From an uncultured Candidatus Saccharibacteria bacterium (GTDB taxonomy: Bacteria; Patescibacteriota; Minisyncoccia; Phycocordibacterales; UBA2100): a DNA stretch of 61,826 bases. The stretch is from the NCBI GenBank assembly GCA_964586255.1, contig CAZPGE010000006.1, positions 1-61,826 of the forward strand, given 5' to 3'. A program made the translations under genes and the position numbers. Of this stretch, positions 28,082 through 38,698 are shown piece after piece (positions within the stretch are counted from its first letter, which is position 1; every line of letters starts with the position of its first letter). The notes under the pieces were generated by a model. That model saw nothing but the letters and a program-made list of their open reading frames with translations. It was not told where the DNA came from and ran no database searches.

Positions 28082-29491
28082 ATGCATTTTGACAACGAGA
28101 CATTGCATTACTTTGACAAGCATGCGCATGCGCGGTCCGATTGGAGGCAGCGTAACTCTTTTTACTACAACGATGTGGAATCGTTCCTCGCCTTCCTTGT
28201 TCCGCCTGGCGCGACCGTGCTGCACGCCGGTGCCGATTCATCGGCACTTCTGCGTAAGCTGGCGCCTAGGAGTGGTTTGGGTATTCACCCAAGCGCACCG
28301 ACTATTTCGCAAATTCAGTACACTGATAAATCATTATCCTACGTACAAGGTGAGCTTGGCGAGGTATCAGAGACATTTGAGTTTGTGGTATTTTCGGACA
28401 TTTTGGGGCACGTACATGACGTCGAGGCGGTGTTGAGGGAAGCCTCTGATTGCATATTCTGGAATGGTCGGATTGTCATAACCCAATACAGTGCTCTGTG
28501 GGAGCCGATTCTTGACCTCGCATCAAGAATTGGTCTCCGCATGCCGTCGGCGAAACAGAGCTGGCTCTCTGGTGGAGACCTCGAAAACTTTGCTCGACTC
28601 GCTGGCCTCGAAGCCGTACGGCGTGGCACACGCGTGCTCGTGCCCTTCTACATCCCTCTTGTGAGTACGTTTTTTAATAAATATCTCGGAAATATCTTTC
28701 CATTTACTCGACTCGGCCTCTATCATTACGTCGTCCTTCGTAAGCAGAATGCTCGCTCATCGATCGAGAAACCGACGCTCTCCATTGTCGTGCCAGCTCG
28801 CAATGAAGCGGGGATGATAGATACGATTCTTCGTGACCTCACAGCACTCGACTGCATGACCGAGCTCATTTTCGTCGAAGGACATTCGAACGATAAGACC
28901 TATGAGGCGATTGAGCGGGCGGTAACGGGCTACGAGGGTGATAAGAAGATTCTTTATACGAAGCAGACAGGAAAGGGGAAGGGCGATGCGGTTCGGAAGG
29001 GATTTGATATGGCTACGAGCGATATCATTACAATCTTCGATGCAGACATGACTGTACCTGCGGCAGATATACCGAAGTTTTACCGCGCAATTGTAGAGAA
29101 CAGAGGTGATTTCATCAATGGATCACGTCTTGTATATCCACTCGAGAAACAATCAATGCGTTTTTTGAATTTCCTCGGCAACAAATTCTTTAGTCTCGCG
29201 TTTAGCTGGTTGCTCGTCACGCGCGTCAAAGACACGCTGTGTGGAACCAAGATGCTCTGGCGTAACGACTATAAAGAGATACAGGCAGGTCGGGCATTTT
29301 TCGGCGATTTCGACCCGTTCGGCGACTTTGACCTGCTGTTCGGCGCATCCAAATTAAATCGGAAAATCATTGACCTCCCAGTCCACTACGGCGAACGTAC
29401 CTACGGGACAACCAATATCCAGAGGTGGAGTCACGGATGGTTGCTTCTCAAGATGGTAGTCTTCGCTATGCGAAAGATAAAATTCATATGA
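28082..29491 (+). CDS. Methyltransferase-like domain + GT2 (Dol-P-Man-synthase-like) fusion
   Basis: LSIVVPARNEAG, FVEGHSND, GKGDAVRKG, IFDAD, NGSR, DTLCGTK and DFDLLFGA. Confidence 0.85.
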   Translation: MHFDNETLHYFDKHAHARSDWRQRNSFYYNDVESFLAFLVPPGATVLHAGADSSALLRKLAPRSGLGIHPSAPTISQIQYTDKSLSYVQGELGEVSETFEFVVFSDILGHVHDVEAVLREASDCIFWNGRIVITQYSALWEPILDLASRIGLRMPSAKQSWLSGGDLENFARLAGLEAVRRGTRVLVPFYIPLVSTFFNKYLGNIFPFTRLGLYHYVVLRKQNARSSIEKPTLSIVVPARNEAGMIDTILRDLTALDCMTELIFVEGHSNDKTYEAIERAVTGYEGDKKILYTKQTGKGKGDAVRKGFDMATSDIITIFDADMTVPAADIPKFYRAIVENRGDFINGSRLVYPLEKQSMRFLNFLGNKFFSLAFSWLLVTRVKDTLCGTKMLWRNDYKEIQAGRAFFGDFDPFGDFDLLFGASKLNRKIIDLPVHYGERTYGTTNIQRWSHGWLLLKMVVFAMRKIKFI

Positions 29492-30156
29492 CCTTTTCAG
29501 AGGAACATTTTGATGCGATTGCGGATGAGTACGACTATTGGAAGAAAAAGAATGCGTATTATCACGAGAATCTAAAGGCGTTATACGGGAGCTATATCCC
29601 AAAAGGTGAGCGCGTCTTGGAGATAGGATGCGGTACGGGGGATATTCTTGCGCGACTTGAACCGAGAGAGGGGAGAGGGGTGGATGTGAGCGAAGAGATG
29701 GTGGAGATTGCGCGCCGCAAATATGCGGACAAATCAAACCTTCAGTTCGAGCGCGAAGATATATTTGCAAGCACGAGCATGTTCGGATACCCCTACATCT
29801 TTCTTGCGGACGTACTCGAGCACGTGGGTGATTTGGGGAGTTTTGTGCGACAACTTGCCGCCCGCACGGATGCCGGTAGTACGGTCGTTATTTCCGTGGC
29901 CAACCCACTGTGGGAGCCGGTCTTGATGATTGCCGAGAAGTTGCATATGAAAATGCCCGAAGGACCGCATACACGTGATTCAATACATGAGACCGAACGC
30001 ATCTTCCGTGAGTCCGGTTTTACTCTCGTCGAGCGGGGCTTTCGGCTCCTTGTCCCTAAAAAGATTCCCGGGGCGGATTGGATAAATGCACGCTTCTACC
30101 GCCTACCGTTCCTGCGCCGCCTTGGCTTCGTCGTGTATTGGGTGCTTAAGCGCTAG
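29488..30156 (+). CDS. Class I SAM-dependent methyltransferase
   Basis: VLEIGCGTG, GVDVSEEM and DVLEHV. Confidence 0.9.
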   Translation: MTFSEEHFDAIADEYDYWKKKNAYYHENLKALYGSYIPKGERVLEIGCGTGDILARLEPREGRGVDVSEEMVEIARRKYADKSNLQFEREDIFASTSMFGYPYIFLADVLEHVGDLGSFVRQLAARTDAGSTVVISVANPLWEPVLMIAEKLHMKMPEGPHTRDSIHETERIFRESGFTLVERGFRLLVPKKIPGADWINARFYRLPFLRRLGFVVYWVLKR

Positions 30157-30616
30157 CGGAAGATTTCGTGTCCCCTTTAGAATCCCGAAATACAAGGTGT
30201 CTATAGCTGAAATAGTTCATGACTGCTATGAAGATGCCACTTATGAACTGGGCGACCAGGTAGTGTAGATGCGCATACTGCACGAAGGTATATATGAGCG
30301 TAGTATTGATCCCCAGTCCGACGAGGATGACGATGAGGAATAGAGATGCCTGGGATTGTAGTCGGCTTCTCGAGGCATCTTCGAAGGTCCAGAATTTCTG
30401 CAGAGTAAAGCTTACGAAAAAAGCCACCATAAATGCGATGACCGATGAGGTTAGGTACCATAGACCAAAGACGTGCGTGAGAAGGAAGAGGATTCCGAGA
30501 TTGACTGATGTCGCTGCGCCACCGGAGATGACGAAGCGGATGAGTCGCATGAAGAGTGGATGGTTTGTATTGACACGTGCGAGCGCGTTTTGTATGGAGG
30601 GCAAGAGATTTGCCAT
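30146..30616 (-). CDS. GtrA family protein (lipid-linked sugar translocase-like)
   Basis: RFVISGGAATSVN, F.L.KFWTF and NYFSYRHLVF; four TM helices. Confidence 0.9.
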   Translation of the reverse strand: MANLLPSIQNALARVNTNHPLFMRLIRFVISGGAATSVNLGILFLLTHVFGLWYLTSSVIAFMVAFFVSFTLQKFWTFEDASRSRLQSQASLFLIVILVGLGINTTLIYTFVQYAHLHYLVAQFISGIFIAVMNYFSYRHLVFRDSKGDTKSSASA

Positions 30617-30725
30617 AAAGAAGAATCGTACGCGCGAAGTGTAGCACATGGGGCACCAAAATTGGTCCTAGCCCCTTATTTCGCGCGATGATATAGTGTA
30701 TCCCTAAACACTCTTACAGCTCGCC

Positions 30726-31697
30726 ATGTCTGATTTTTATAAAGGAAAAAAGGTACTTGTGACTGGCGGCGGCGGCTTCATTGGCAGCCATGTCGTAGAC
30801 ATGCTCGTCGATAGTGGTGCAAAAGTCACGGTGCCGGTGCGTACCAAGGGGAAGACAGAATTCCTAAAAGATGTACTCGATCGCATATCCATCGTCGAAG
30901 CGGACCTGCGTGATCGTTCGCGTGTCGATGCGCTCATGCAGGGGCAAGAAGTAGTTCTCAATCTGGCTGCTGCAAAAGGTGGGGGCATAGCACATAGCAT
31001 GCAGCACCACGGCAGCCTTTTCCGTGACAACATGTCGCCATTCCTTCAAGTGCTTGATTCTGCGAGGGAGGCGGGCGTGGAGCGCTTTCTTGTGGTGAGC
31101 TCGGCTTGCGTGTATTCGCGTGACGCGAGCAATCACGCGCTCGAATCGGAAGGATTTCTGGGCGTCCCGGAGGCGGCAAATGCCGGATACGGCTGGTCAA
31201 AGAGGATGGAGGAATACCTTGGGCAAGCGTACGCAGAGGAATTCGGTATGAAAATCGCTATTGCCCGCATGTACAACGGATATGGTCCACGAGACGACTT
31301 TTTCGCAGAATACAACCACGTCATCCCGGGGCTCATCAAACGGATATTCGAGGGCGAAAATCCTCTCGTCGTATGGGGCACTGGAACGCAAACACGTTCC
31401 TTTATCTATGCTACCGACTTCGCCCGCGGTATCCTCGAGGTCTGCGAGAAATATGCGGTAGCGGACCCGCTCAATATTGGAAGCGATGAAGAGATATCGA
31501 TTGGTGATTTGGCACGATTACTCATAGAGCTTTCCGGTAAGGAAGTGACAGTCGAATTTGATACGACGAAACCGGACGGGCCGATTCGTCGTAGTGCCGA
31601 TACGAGCAAAGCTTTCGAGAAAATTGGTTTCCGCACCGAAGTGTCTCTGCGCGAAGGTTTGAAGAAAAGCATAGAGTGGTATAGAGAAAACGTGTGA
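30726..31697 (+). CDS. NAD-dependent GDP-sugar epimerase/reductase (Fcl/GME-like)
   Basis: VLVTGGGGFIGSH, LAAAKGGGI, SSACVY, YGWSK, YGPRDDF, HVIPGLI, TRSFIY and KPDG. Confidence 0.85.
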   Translation: MSDFYKGKKVLVTGGGGFIGSHVVDMLVDSGAKVTVPVRTKGKTEFLKDVLDRISIVEADLRDRSRVDALMQGQEVVLNLAAAKGGGIAHSMQHHGSLFRDNMSPFLQVLDSAREAGVERFLVVSSACVYSRDASNHALESEGFLGVPEAANAGYGWSKRMEEYLGQAYAEEFGMKIAIARMYNGYGPRDDFFAEYNHVIPGLIKRIFEGENPLVVWGTGTQTRSFIYATDFARGILEVCEKYAVADPLNIGSDEEISIGDLARLLIELSGKEVTVEFDTTKPDGPIRRSADTSKAFEKIGFRTEVSLREGLKKSIEWYRENV

Positions 31698-31702
31698 TAG
31701 GT

Positions 31703-32368
31703 ATGAAAGTGACCCTCATTGGTGCAACTTGGAACGAGTTTGAAGCGGCAAGCGCGGTATTGCCCAAAATTGATCGCACGGTCGTGGACGAGATCATCAT
31801 TGTCGACGCGGGGTCCACCGATGGTACGGTTGAATTCTGCAAGAGTCAGGGATACACGGTTTTCCAACAGATTGAGCCCGGGTACGGATCGGCCATAAAG
31901 GAGGCGGTCGCGAGAGCGAGAGGAGATATCATCATCGAATTCCCGCCCGACGGCAATTCTATGCCCGAGAGAATTCCGGATGTCGTCAGAAAGCTCCAAG
32001 AAGGATACGACTTTGTCATTGCGTCGCGCTACAAAGACGGTGCAAAAAGCGAAGATGACGACTTTCTCACCACGATAGGGAATTGGGGGTTCACATTTGT
32101 TACCAACATGCTTTTCTGGAGCTCGTACACAGATTCCCTCGTCGGCTTCCGAGGGTACTACAAGAAATCGTACGACAAACTACACATGACAGCGAGAGGG
32201 CTCGATTGGTCCATCCAGATGCCCATTCAATTCAGAAAAAAGCGCATGCGCGTCGCAGATATACCAGCCGATGAACCGAAGCGCATCGGCGGCGTCCGTA
32301 AAATGAAGCCGTTTAAAACAGGGTGGCGCATCCTCAAGACACTTATCAAGGAGCGGTGTATTGTATAG
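31703..32368 (+). CDS. Glycosyltransferase family 2 (polyprenol-phosphate glycosyltransferase-like)
   Basis: IIVDAGSTDGT, GYGSAI and VIASRY. Confidence 0.87.
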   Translation: MKVTLIGATWNEFEAASAVLPKIDRTVVDEIIIVDAGSTDGTVEFCKSQGYTVFQQIEPGYGSAIKEAVARARGDIIIEFPPDGNSMPERIPDVVRKLQEGYDFVIASRYKDGAKSEDDDFLTTIGNWGFTFVTNMLFWSSYTDSLVGFRGYYKKSYDKLHMTARGLDWSIQMPIQFRKKRMRVADIPADEPKRIGGVRKMKPFKTGWRILKTLIKERCIV

Positions 32369-32372
32369 GCCT

Positions 32373-33629
32373 ATGTATACCAACATATCCCGCTGCCGCA
32401 TCTGCAGTAATGAAAATCTGGAACAGGTTCTCGACCTCGGAGAGCAGTTTCTCTCCTCCGCGTTCGTAAAGAACAATGAGGATGAAGAGCTCTCAAAGGC
32501 TCGTGTCCCGCTCACGCTCTTACTATGCGATGCATGTGGTCTAGTGCAGCTGCGAGAGACGGTGGACAGAGACCTCATGTATCGGAGCTACTTCTATCGT
32601 TCCGGCGTGAATCCGATGATGCGCGACGCGCTCGCAGATGTGACGCGCGATATCAAGGCGCACTCGAATCTCAAAGAAGGCGACGCGGTGCTTGATATCG
32701 GTTGCAATGACGGGACCATGCTGACGTACTTCCCGATAACGATGCGTCGCATTGGTATGGACCCGGCGCAAAACATCAACAGGCATTCTCTCGATACGTC
32801 CATCACGATTATCGAGGACTATTTTTCAGCCGAAAAAGCGAGGGCAGCAAATGATGGAAAACTTTTCAAGGCAGTGTCGTCGGTAGCGATGTTTTATGAT
32901 CTCGACGATCCCAACACATTTGTGCGTGAAGTGAAATCAATACTTGCGCCGGACGGTACGTGGTGCGTGCAGCTGAGTTACCTTGCGACTACCATACAGA
33001 CGATGAACTTCTACGATATCTGCCACGAGCACCTGCTCTACTACTCTTTGCGGACGCTCAAATTTCTCATGGAGCAACACGGACTCAAGATCATCGACGC
33101 GTCGCTCAACGATGTAAACGGTGGCAGCCTGCGCTTTTTTGCGGTGCATGCCGACGACCCGAGAGATGTTTCTCCGTCGCTGCGCGCTATCGAGGAGGCA
33201 GAGGAGCAGCTCGAGCTCTCAAAGAGCGATACGTACAAACGATTCAACGACTCCATTCAACATCTGAAAAGTATCGTCCTCGATTTTATCGAACAGGAGA
33301 GAACGAATGGGGGACTCGTCGTGGGGCTCGGTGCATCTACCAAAGGGAATGTGCTGCTCCAATATTTCGGTATCACCAAAGAATCACTGCCGGTGATTAG
33401 CGACCGTTACGCCGAAAAGGTAGGTCTGCGAACTCTCGGCACCGATATCCGCGTGGTTTCGGAAGAAGAGGCACGCGATATGCATCCCTCTGCCATGCTG
33501 GTCCTTATCTGGTTCTTCAAGGATGAGCTTCTCAAGCGAGAGCGCGACTACCTTGAACGAGGAGGGAAACTACTCTTTCCCATGCCATATCCGCACGTGG
33601 TCACCAAAGAGGGGGAGAGACGGCTATAA
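32373..33629 (+). CDS. NDP-hexose C-methyltransferase (Zn-binding N-terminus, SAM domain, C-terminal domain)
   Basis: CRIC..LDLG..CDACGLVQL, VLDIGCNDG, DICHEH, DVNGGS and GASTKGNVLLQY. Confidence 0.88.
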   Translation: MYTNISRCRICSNENLEQVLDLGEQFLSSAFVKNNEDEELSKARVPLTLLLCDACGLVQLRETVDRDLMYRSYFYRSGVNPMMRDALADVTRDIKAHSNLKEGDAVLDIGCNDGTMLTYFPITMRRIGMDPAQNINRHSLDTSITIIEDYFSAEKARAANDGKLFKAVSSVAMFYDLDDPNTFVREVKSILAPDGTWCVQLSYLATTIQTMNFYDICHEHLLYYSLRTLKFLMEQHGLKIIDASLNDVNGGSLRFFAVHADDPRDVSPSLRAIEEAEEQLELSKSDTYKRFNDSIQHLKSIVLDFIEQERTNGGLVVGLGASTKGNVLLQYFGITKESLPVISDRYAEKVGLRTLGTDIRVVSEEEARDMHPSAMLVLIWFFKDELLKRERDYLERGGKLLFPMPYPHVVTKEGERRL

Positions 33630-33658
33630 TTGACACTGGGCTATTTTAGAGTTATAAT
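33630..33658 (+). promoter_or_regulatory. Perfect consensus sigma70 promoter
   Basis: TTGACA-N17-TATAAT. Confidence 0.85.
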
Positions 33659-33705
33659 GTAGACAGAGGCAATCGCCTCGCTGATTTCATATTTGGGAGG
33701 TGTAG

Positions 33706-34221
33706 ATGACACCAGACAGAGCGACTCTTCTCGGTGAACTGCTCGCTGAGCTTGCCGCGGACCCCAAGGGGTTCATCCCGGACGCTGCCTGGGCGTCGGC
33801 TCAAAAGGCCTTCGCCTTGCCGTACATCGAGCTTGCGTTCGTTCGGCGGTCACCTGAGGGGGAGCTGCAGGTCCTGCTCTCTCATCGCACTGATGTCGAC
33901 TGGAATGGTTGGCATCTGCCAGGTGGACTGTGGCGCACGAAGCAGACGCTTGAAGAAGCGATTGCGGCGCTGTCTCGGCGCGAGATTGGGCTCCTCGAAC
34001 CGCCGACGATTCTCGCGAAGGGGGAGTGGGAGAAATGGCATGACCACCCCTACGGGTATCCCGTAAGCCACGTCGTGATTCTTCACAACGACAATGTCGT
34101 CGAGAGCGATACGGTGCAGTGGTTTACTTCGCCACCGAACGCAATGATCGACGATCATGGGCATCACACGCAGTTCTTCAACAATGTCGTACGGCAGGTG
34201 ACCAAAGACCGGCTCGTATGA
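33706..34221 (+). CDS. NUDIX hydrolase (GDP-mannose mannosyl hydrolase-like)
   Basis: WHLPGGLWRTKQTLEEAIAALSRREIG; GGGAGGT SD upstream. Confidence 0.75.
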   Translation: MTPDRATLLGELLAELAADPKGFIPDAAWASAQKAFALPYIELAFVRRSPEGELQVLLSHRTDVDWNGWHLPGGLWRTKQTLEEAIAALSRREIGLLEPPTILAKGEWEKWHDHPYGYPVSHVVILHNDNVVESDTVQWFTSPPNAMIDDHGHHTQFFNNVVRQVTKDRLV

Positions 34222-34227
34222 CGATAG

Positions 34228-34264
34228 ATGCACCCGCCCCTCCGGCGGGTGCATATTCTTTTTT
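34228..34264 (+). terminator. Intrinsic terminator between convergent genes
   Basis: ATGCACCCGCC-N5-GGCGGGTGCAT followed by ATTCTTTTTT. Confidence 0.85.
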
Positions 34265-34289
34265 AAATCTGCTTCGGTCTTCCTGCAAG

Positions 34290-35072
34290 CTACGTTGTTG
34301 GTTTGCGCAGTACCCACCAGTTGGGGAGTGAATGCGCCTGGTCCTTAGTGTATCCTCGACGCTTTAAGAGCAATTCGTCTGCGACCATTTGGATGTGCGG
34401 CAGTGCGCGTTGTGCAGGCGTGTATTCTGAGAAGTCGTACATAGAGTGGTAGAAGTACCACTGACTGAGACTGCGCTTCATGTTAGCTTTCAAGAAGTCG
34501 AGGGTCCACGGTATATCGTCGAGTAGTAAGTATCCACCAGGCTTGAGGAGGTCGTGTGCGAGCAGCATAGCCGGCATATCGATATAAAACGTATGGTGGC
34601 CATCGATATAAATCACGTCGTATTTCTCATCATTCTTGAGCATCTCAAAAAGCGTCCAGGAGTACGTACCTGTCGGGTTTGATAGGAACGTAATGCCCCG
34701 GGTATCCGTGCCCTTTATCGTGAGCTCGCGCATGTGACTATCGCACACACTTCTAAAGTCGCAGCCGACATATGACACGCCGTGAGCACGCAAGAGTTCG
34801 AAACGATCAAAGCGGGGGAACTCACCGATCCCGACTTCCAGGAACGAACCGCCGCTCATCGATGATATGATTTTTTTTACATGCTCCTCTTTGCTCACTC
34901 GTGAATCCTCTGCAGTTTCCTGGCTCTGATGTACGGAACCGGCATTCTTGACCTTGAACGCGTACCATAATGGAGCGAGTGCTATATGCCTCAGTCGCTT
35001 GCCGATTCGGACCCAAGCGAGTGCAGTGGCACGACGTATACCCATATTTCGTATTCGGTTGATGATGTTCAT
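34290..35072 (-). CDS. Class I SAM-dependent methyltransferase (Methyltransf_24-like)
   Basis: FLEVGIG, DVIYIDGHH and LLKPGGYLLLDD. Confidence 0.8.
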   Translation of the reverse strand: MNIINRIRNMGIRRATALAWVRIGKRLRHIALAPLWYAFKVKNAGSVHQSQETAEDSRVSKEEHVKKIISSMSGGSFLEVGIGEFPRFDRFELLRAHGVSYVGCDFRSVCDSHMRELTIKGTDTRGITFLSNPTGTYSWTLFEMLKNDEKYDVIYIDGHHTFYIDMPAMLLAHDLLKPGGYLLLDDIPWTLDFLKANMKRSLSQWYFYHSMYDFSEYTPAQRALPHIQMVADELLLKRRGYTKDQAHSLPNWWVLRKPTT

Positions 35073-35077
35073 GCAGA

Positions 35078-36343
35078 TTACGATTTAGCTTGCCAGAAAA
35101 GATACCCGAAACATACGAATGTAATGAATTGGTGAATAACCGTGACCCAGATTGCACCCCAGATGCCGTAAAGTGGCAGCATTACGACAAAGAGGCCAAT
35201 CTTCAGGATGGGCAGAATAGCTTGAGAAATATACAGCTCCCGTTTTTTCAGATGCGCCGTGAGAGCAGAGCTAAATATAGCGCTGGGTGTAAAAATTAGC
35301 GATAGCGCCAGCGCCTGTGTGTAGATGACCGCCCCTACATACGCGGGAAAAAGAATCTTGAATAGAAACGGAGCGGCTATCACGTACGCCAGGGCCGCAA
35401 GGAACATAAGCCCTACGAGCATGAACGTTTTGCGTGGGAGCGTTGTACGCAGTTCAGAAAAGTCTCGCTCGCTTATCTTTGGAATCGCGACTCGTATGGG
35501 TATATCGGCGAGAAGCTTAAGTTGTGCAATAGGTGTCTGTGCGAACGAGTACATAGCGAGCGGTGCAGCACCCAAGTAGTGAAATACGAGCACTTTATCG
35601 ATATTTTCTCCGACCTTGCCGAGCACTCCCATGAAGCTCAGGTGCTTTACGAATGGAAGCGTTTCAGGGTCGATCGTCGAGCTCGGTCTGAATTTTCGAA
35701 TAGTTGCACGATAGAGTACGACGTTCATCAGAATGCCTGTACAAAAATATGAGAGGAGAATGATGATCGGGTTTTCAAAGAAAAACACCGTGATAATGAG
35801 TACCGCTGCGGGGATGATATCAGCGATGCTATCGTACACAGCCTGCGTACGAAAGTCTTTTTTTCCGGAAATGAATTGGCTAAAGAGCGAATACGCGGAG
35901 AGGATTGGATTCAAAGCAGCAACGAGCAAGAATGATACGCCAAGTACTGCATTGTCTTGTAGAAAATAGTAGGAAGCAACGCCAAGTGATAGTGTCACAG
36001 AGATGAAGCTCCAGCGTAGGTAATCGCGGGCTCCCGCTCGCAGCGCCCCTTCGTACCCACGCGCGACAGTCTGTACGACTACCGTGCTCATGCCAGTGAG
36101 GGACAGTGCACCGATTATTCCTGCACCAGCGAGCACGAATCGAAAGGTGCCGAATACCTCTGGCGATATCCAATTTGCCATGGCTGTCGCCACTAAGAGG
36201 GAAGCGACCATGCCAATGGCTTTCGCGAGGGTCAGCCAAAAGCCGCCGTGCATGACATACAGCATGTCCGTCTTCGTATAGACTTCGCTCCACCGGGCTA
36301 CGGCACGAAATGTACTCTTGAGCGACCTAAACATTCCGTCCAT
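35078..36343 (-). CDS. Wzx-type oligosaccharide flippase
   Basis: About 12 TM helices; L.PE.FG.F motif in the N-terminal part; GIWGAIW near the C-terminus. Confidence 0.85.
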   Translation of the reverse strand: MDGMFRSLKSTFRAVARWSEVYTKTDMLYVMHGGFWLTLAKAIGMVASLLVATAMANWISPEVFGTFRFVLAGAGIIGALSLTGMSTVVVQTVARGYEGALRAGARDYLRWSFISVTLSLGVASYYFLQDNAVLGVSFLLVAALNPILSAYSLFSQFISGKKDFRTQAVYDSIADIIPAAVLIITVFFFENPIIILLSYFCTGILMNVVLYRATIRKFRPSSTIDPETLPFVKHLSFMGVLGKVGENIDKVLVFHYLGAAPLAMYSFAQTPIAQLKLLADIPIRVAIPKISERDFSELRTTLPRKTFMLVGLMFLAALAYVIAAPFLFKILFPAYVGAVIYTQALALSLIFTPSAIFSSALTAHLKKRELYISQAILPILKIGLFVVMLPLYGIWGAIWVTVIHQFITFVCFGYLFWQAKS

Positions 36344-36402
36344 GCTACAGCGAAAGTTCTCTGCGTGCCAGTAATACCACATAATGATACAATCCGGCAC
36401 GT

Positions 36403-37587
36403 ATGAATGATGTAGTAGATGTGACCACCTCATCGCCATCGGTAAATTCCATCAGTACGATTTTGCTCCGTCCCTTTTTTGTCGCTTACATCGCCTGCCT
36501 CATTGCAATCGCGAGCCTCTCGCTCTACTTTCTGCCGCATATCCTTCAGGGTGATGCAGTTAGCTATGTCGATGCAGCCAAGGCATATGCAGGAAATGTC
36601 CATCTTAATATCAGCCTTCCTTCCGGACCTCTGACTCGCGAGACCGTCACTCCGGAGATTGTCGCGGTGCATCGCATGCTTACCTCAACGCTGGGCATAG
36701 AGACATTACGACTCTTCGCGTGGATTACGGGTTCGTTTGAGGTGGGGTGGCTTGTCATGGATACTTTCCTGCTTTTTGGCGGCAGCATCGCACTCTACCT
36801 GCTCCTTGCGAGATTCTACGAGAGTGACAGCGTGGCATTTATCGGTGGGCTTTTCTACGCCGGCAATTATTCGATGCTTTCGCAGGGGATGGGCTATTTC
36901 ATGGATATAGGCGGATGGTTCTTCTATCTCCTCGCTCTCCTACTGATCTATCTCTATATAGAATCTTCCAATTACCGGATGCTTGTCATCGCAGCGCTCA
37001 TCATCGCACTCGGTGGTTTATTTAAGGAAAATGCGTATATGGCGTGTATTCCGATTGCCGCAATAATATTGTTTGAATACTACCGCAGACCGCTCGCCCT
37101 TCTCGCGCGGTCGGTGCCCCTCGCTTTAATCGTCACCCTGCCCGCTGTGGTGCAGCATATCTACATGTATCGTGAATATGGATACACGTACTCATATTGG
37201 GTAAATCTAAGTCAAGATTTTTACGAATACGACTCCGTCCTCATCGAGTATTTCAAGAGTTTTGGCTCACTTTTGACGTTTCTCGCTCCCATCGCAATGC
37301 TCGGGGTGTATGAGTTCGTACGCCGTTTCAATGACCCTGGGCTCACTCACAAGAAGAAAGTCTTCCTCGTATCTGTGCTTGCGTCATCTATTCCGGCCGT
37401 ATTATGGCCTGCGATTACTCAGCGAGTTCTTTTCCTGGCTGTTCCTGGGCTCATTCTGCTCGCGGGATTGTGCATCAAGCGATTCGAGCGATATTGGTAC
37501 GCCTTCGTACCGCTTATCATTTTGTATCTGCTCGCGGCTCTCACGATGGATTCCTTTATTCTCAACTACGTAAACCTGCCGATTTAG
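36403..37587 (+). CDS. Multi-TM protein, probable GT-C glycosyltransferase (or Wzy-like)
   Basis: GDAVSY in the first loop, FKEN motif, about 10 TM helices. Confidence 0.6.
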   Translation: MNDVVDVTTSSPSVNSISTILLRPFFVAYIACLIAIASLSLYFLPHILQGDAVSYVDAAKAYAGNVHLNISLPSGPLTRETVTPEIVAVHRMLTSTLGIETLRLFAWITGSFEVGWLVMDTFLLFGGSIALYLLLARFYESDSVAFIGGLFYAGNYSMLSQGMGYFMDIGGWFFYLLALLLIYLYIESSNYRMLVIAALIIALGGLFKENAYMACIPIAAIILFEYYRRPLALLARSVPLALIVTLPAVVQHIYMYREYGYTYSYWVNLSQDFYEYDSVLIEYFKSFGSLLTFLAPIAMLGVYEFVRRFNDPGLTHKKKVFLVSVLASSIPAVLWPAITQRVLFLAVPGLILLAGLCIKRFERYWYAFVPLIILYLLAALTMDSFILNYVNLPI

Positions 37588-37588
37588 T

Positions 37589-38686
37589 ATGTCGCGAAAG
37601 CCCATCGTGCATCTCGCGTATACAGTCCCGTTCGGTCGAACGCGCGCCAGGCGTGCGCTCGACAAAGCGCTTCGACTGATGCATGTGACTCCGCTACACC
37701 GATTTGCACACGATGCGCTCATTCCTTGGCAGCATCCGATACGCGCGCCCCATAGCATCACGCATAATCTTCTCGATGCTATTCGCGTGCGCGGGTACGA
37801 TGTCCGCCTCTATAGTTTATATGAGCACACGGTCGCAGACATCAAGGAGGGCGATATTTTCATCGGCCAACCAGTACCTCGTGGCGGCTTCGGTGCTCAA
37901 AGGTCGCACACGGACGATCCCGATTCCGTGACGTCACGGACCATTCGGGAATTTCCAAGCGTCAGGAACTTCATCATTATGCCGTACGCGCACGATGCGG
38001 AGTATTCGCTTTTCGCTAAAGATCTCTTTAAGACAAATGCCGCAGCGGGTGGCGGCGCTATATTTATTGGCGGCGCAATATGGGAGCGCGATTGGAAAGA
38101 ACGGTCGCCGCTTGCCGATATTGGAGATTTTCGGAAAATACATCTCACAAAGATGGGCATTGATGCGAGAGAGTACAAGTGGGTCAAGACGGGCTTCAAC
38201 CCGAAGGGGAAAAGAAAATACTTTTATATCGGTCACACGGCTTGGTACAAAAATACGCCGCAGCTTGAGCAGATTGCGAAGGCTATGCCGGAACACTCAT
38301 TCATCCACATCGGCGGGGGAGAGCTGCGCGGCTGGGAGAATCGTGGCTTTGCATCCCTCACGCCTGCCTTTATGCGGGCACTCGCAGAAGAATGTGATAT
38401 TTTTGTAAATGTCAGCACTGCAGACCCTCAGGCGACGACGATTGTGGAGCAGATGTGTTTCGGATTCGCCGTCGCATGTACTCCTGAAACTGGCTATGAC
38501 TATCCAACTCTTGCGACACTACGTACGCACGAAACTGATCACAATGTCCGGGTTCTTTTAGGTTTACAGAATGAAGACGAGGAGGCGCTCCTTGCGCACG
38601 CACGTGAACACCGGAGAATTGCCGAAGAGAAACACGGATGGTCCCAATTCACGGACAAAGTTCTAGATTTCGTGGGAATCCATTAA
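37589..38686 (+). CDS. Probable GT-B glycosyltransferase (divergent)
   Basis: YFYIGHTAWYK, DIFVN..DPQATTIVEQMCFG; glycan-locus context. Confidence 0.55.
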   Translation: MSRKPIVHLAYTVPFGRTRARRALDKALRLMHVTPLHRFAHDALIPWQHPIRAPHSITHNLLDAIRVRGYDVRLYSLYEHTVADIKEGDIFIGQPVPRGGFGAQRSHTDDPDSVTSRTIREFPSVRNFIIMPYAHDAEYSLFAKDLFKTNAAAGGGAIFIGGAIWERDWKERSPLADIGDFRKIHLTKMGIDAREYKWVKTGFNPKGKRKYFYIGHTAWYKNTPQLEQIAKAMPEHSFIHIGGGELRGWENRGFASLTPAFMRALAEECDIFVNVSTADPQATTIVEQMCFGFAVACTPETGYDYPTLATLRTHETDHNVRVLLGLQNEDEEALLAHAREHRRIAEEKHGWSQFTDKVLDFVGIH

Positions 38687-38698
38687 ATCCGGTCAGTC

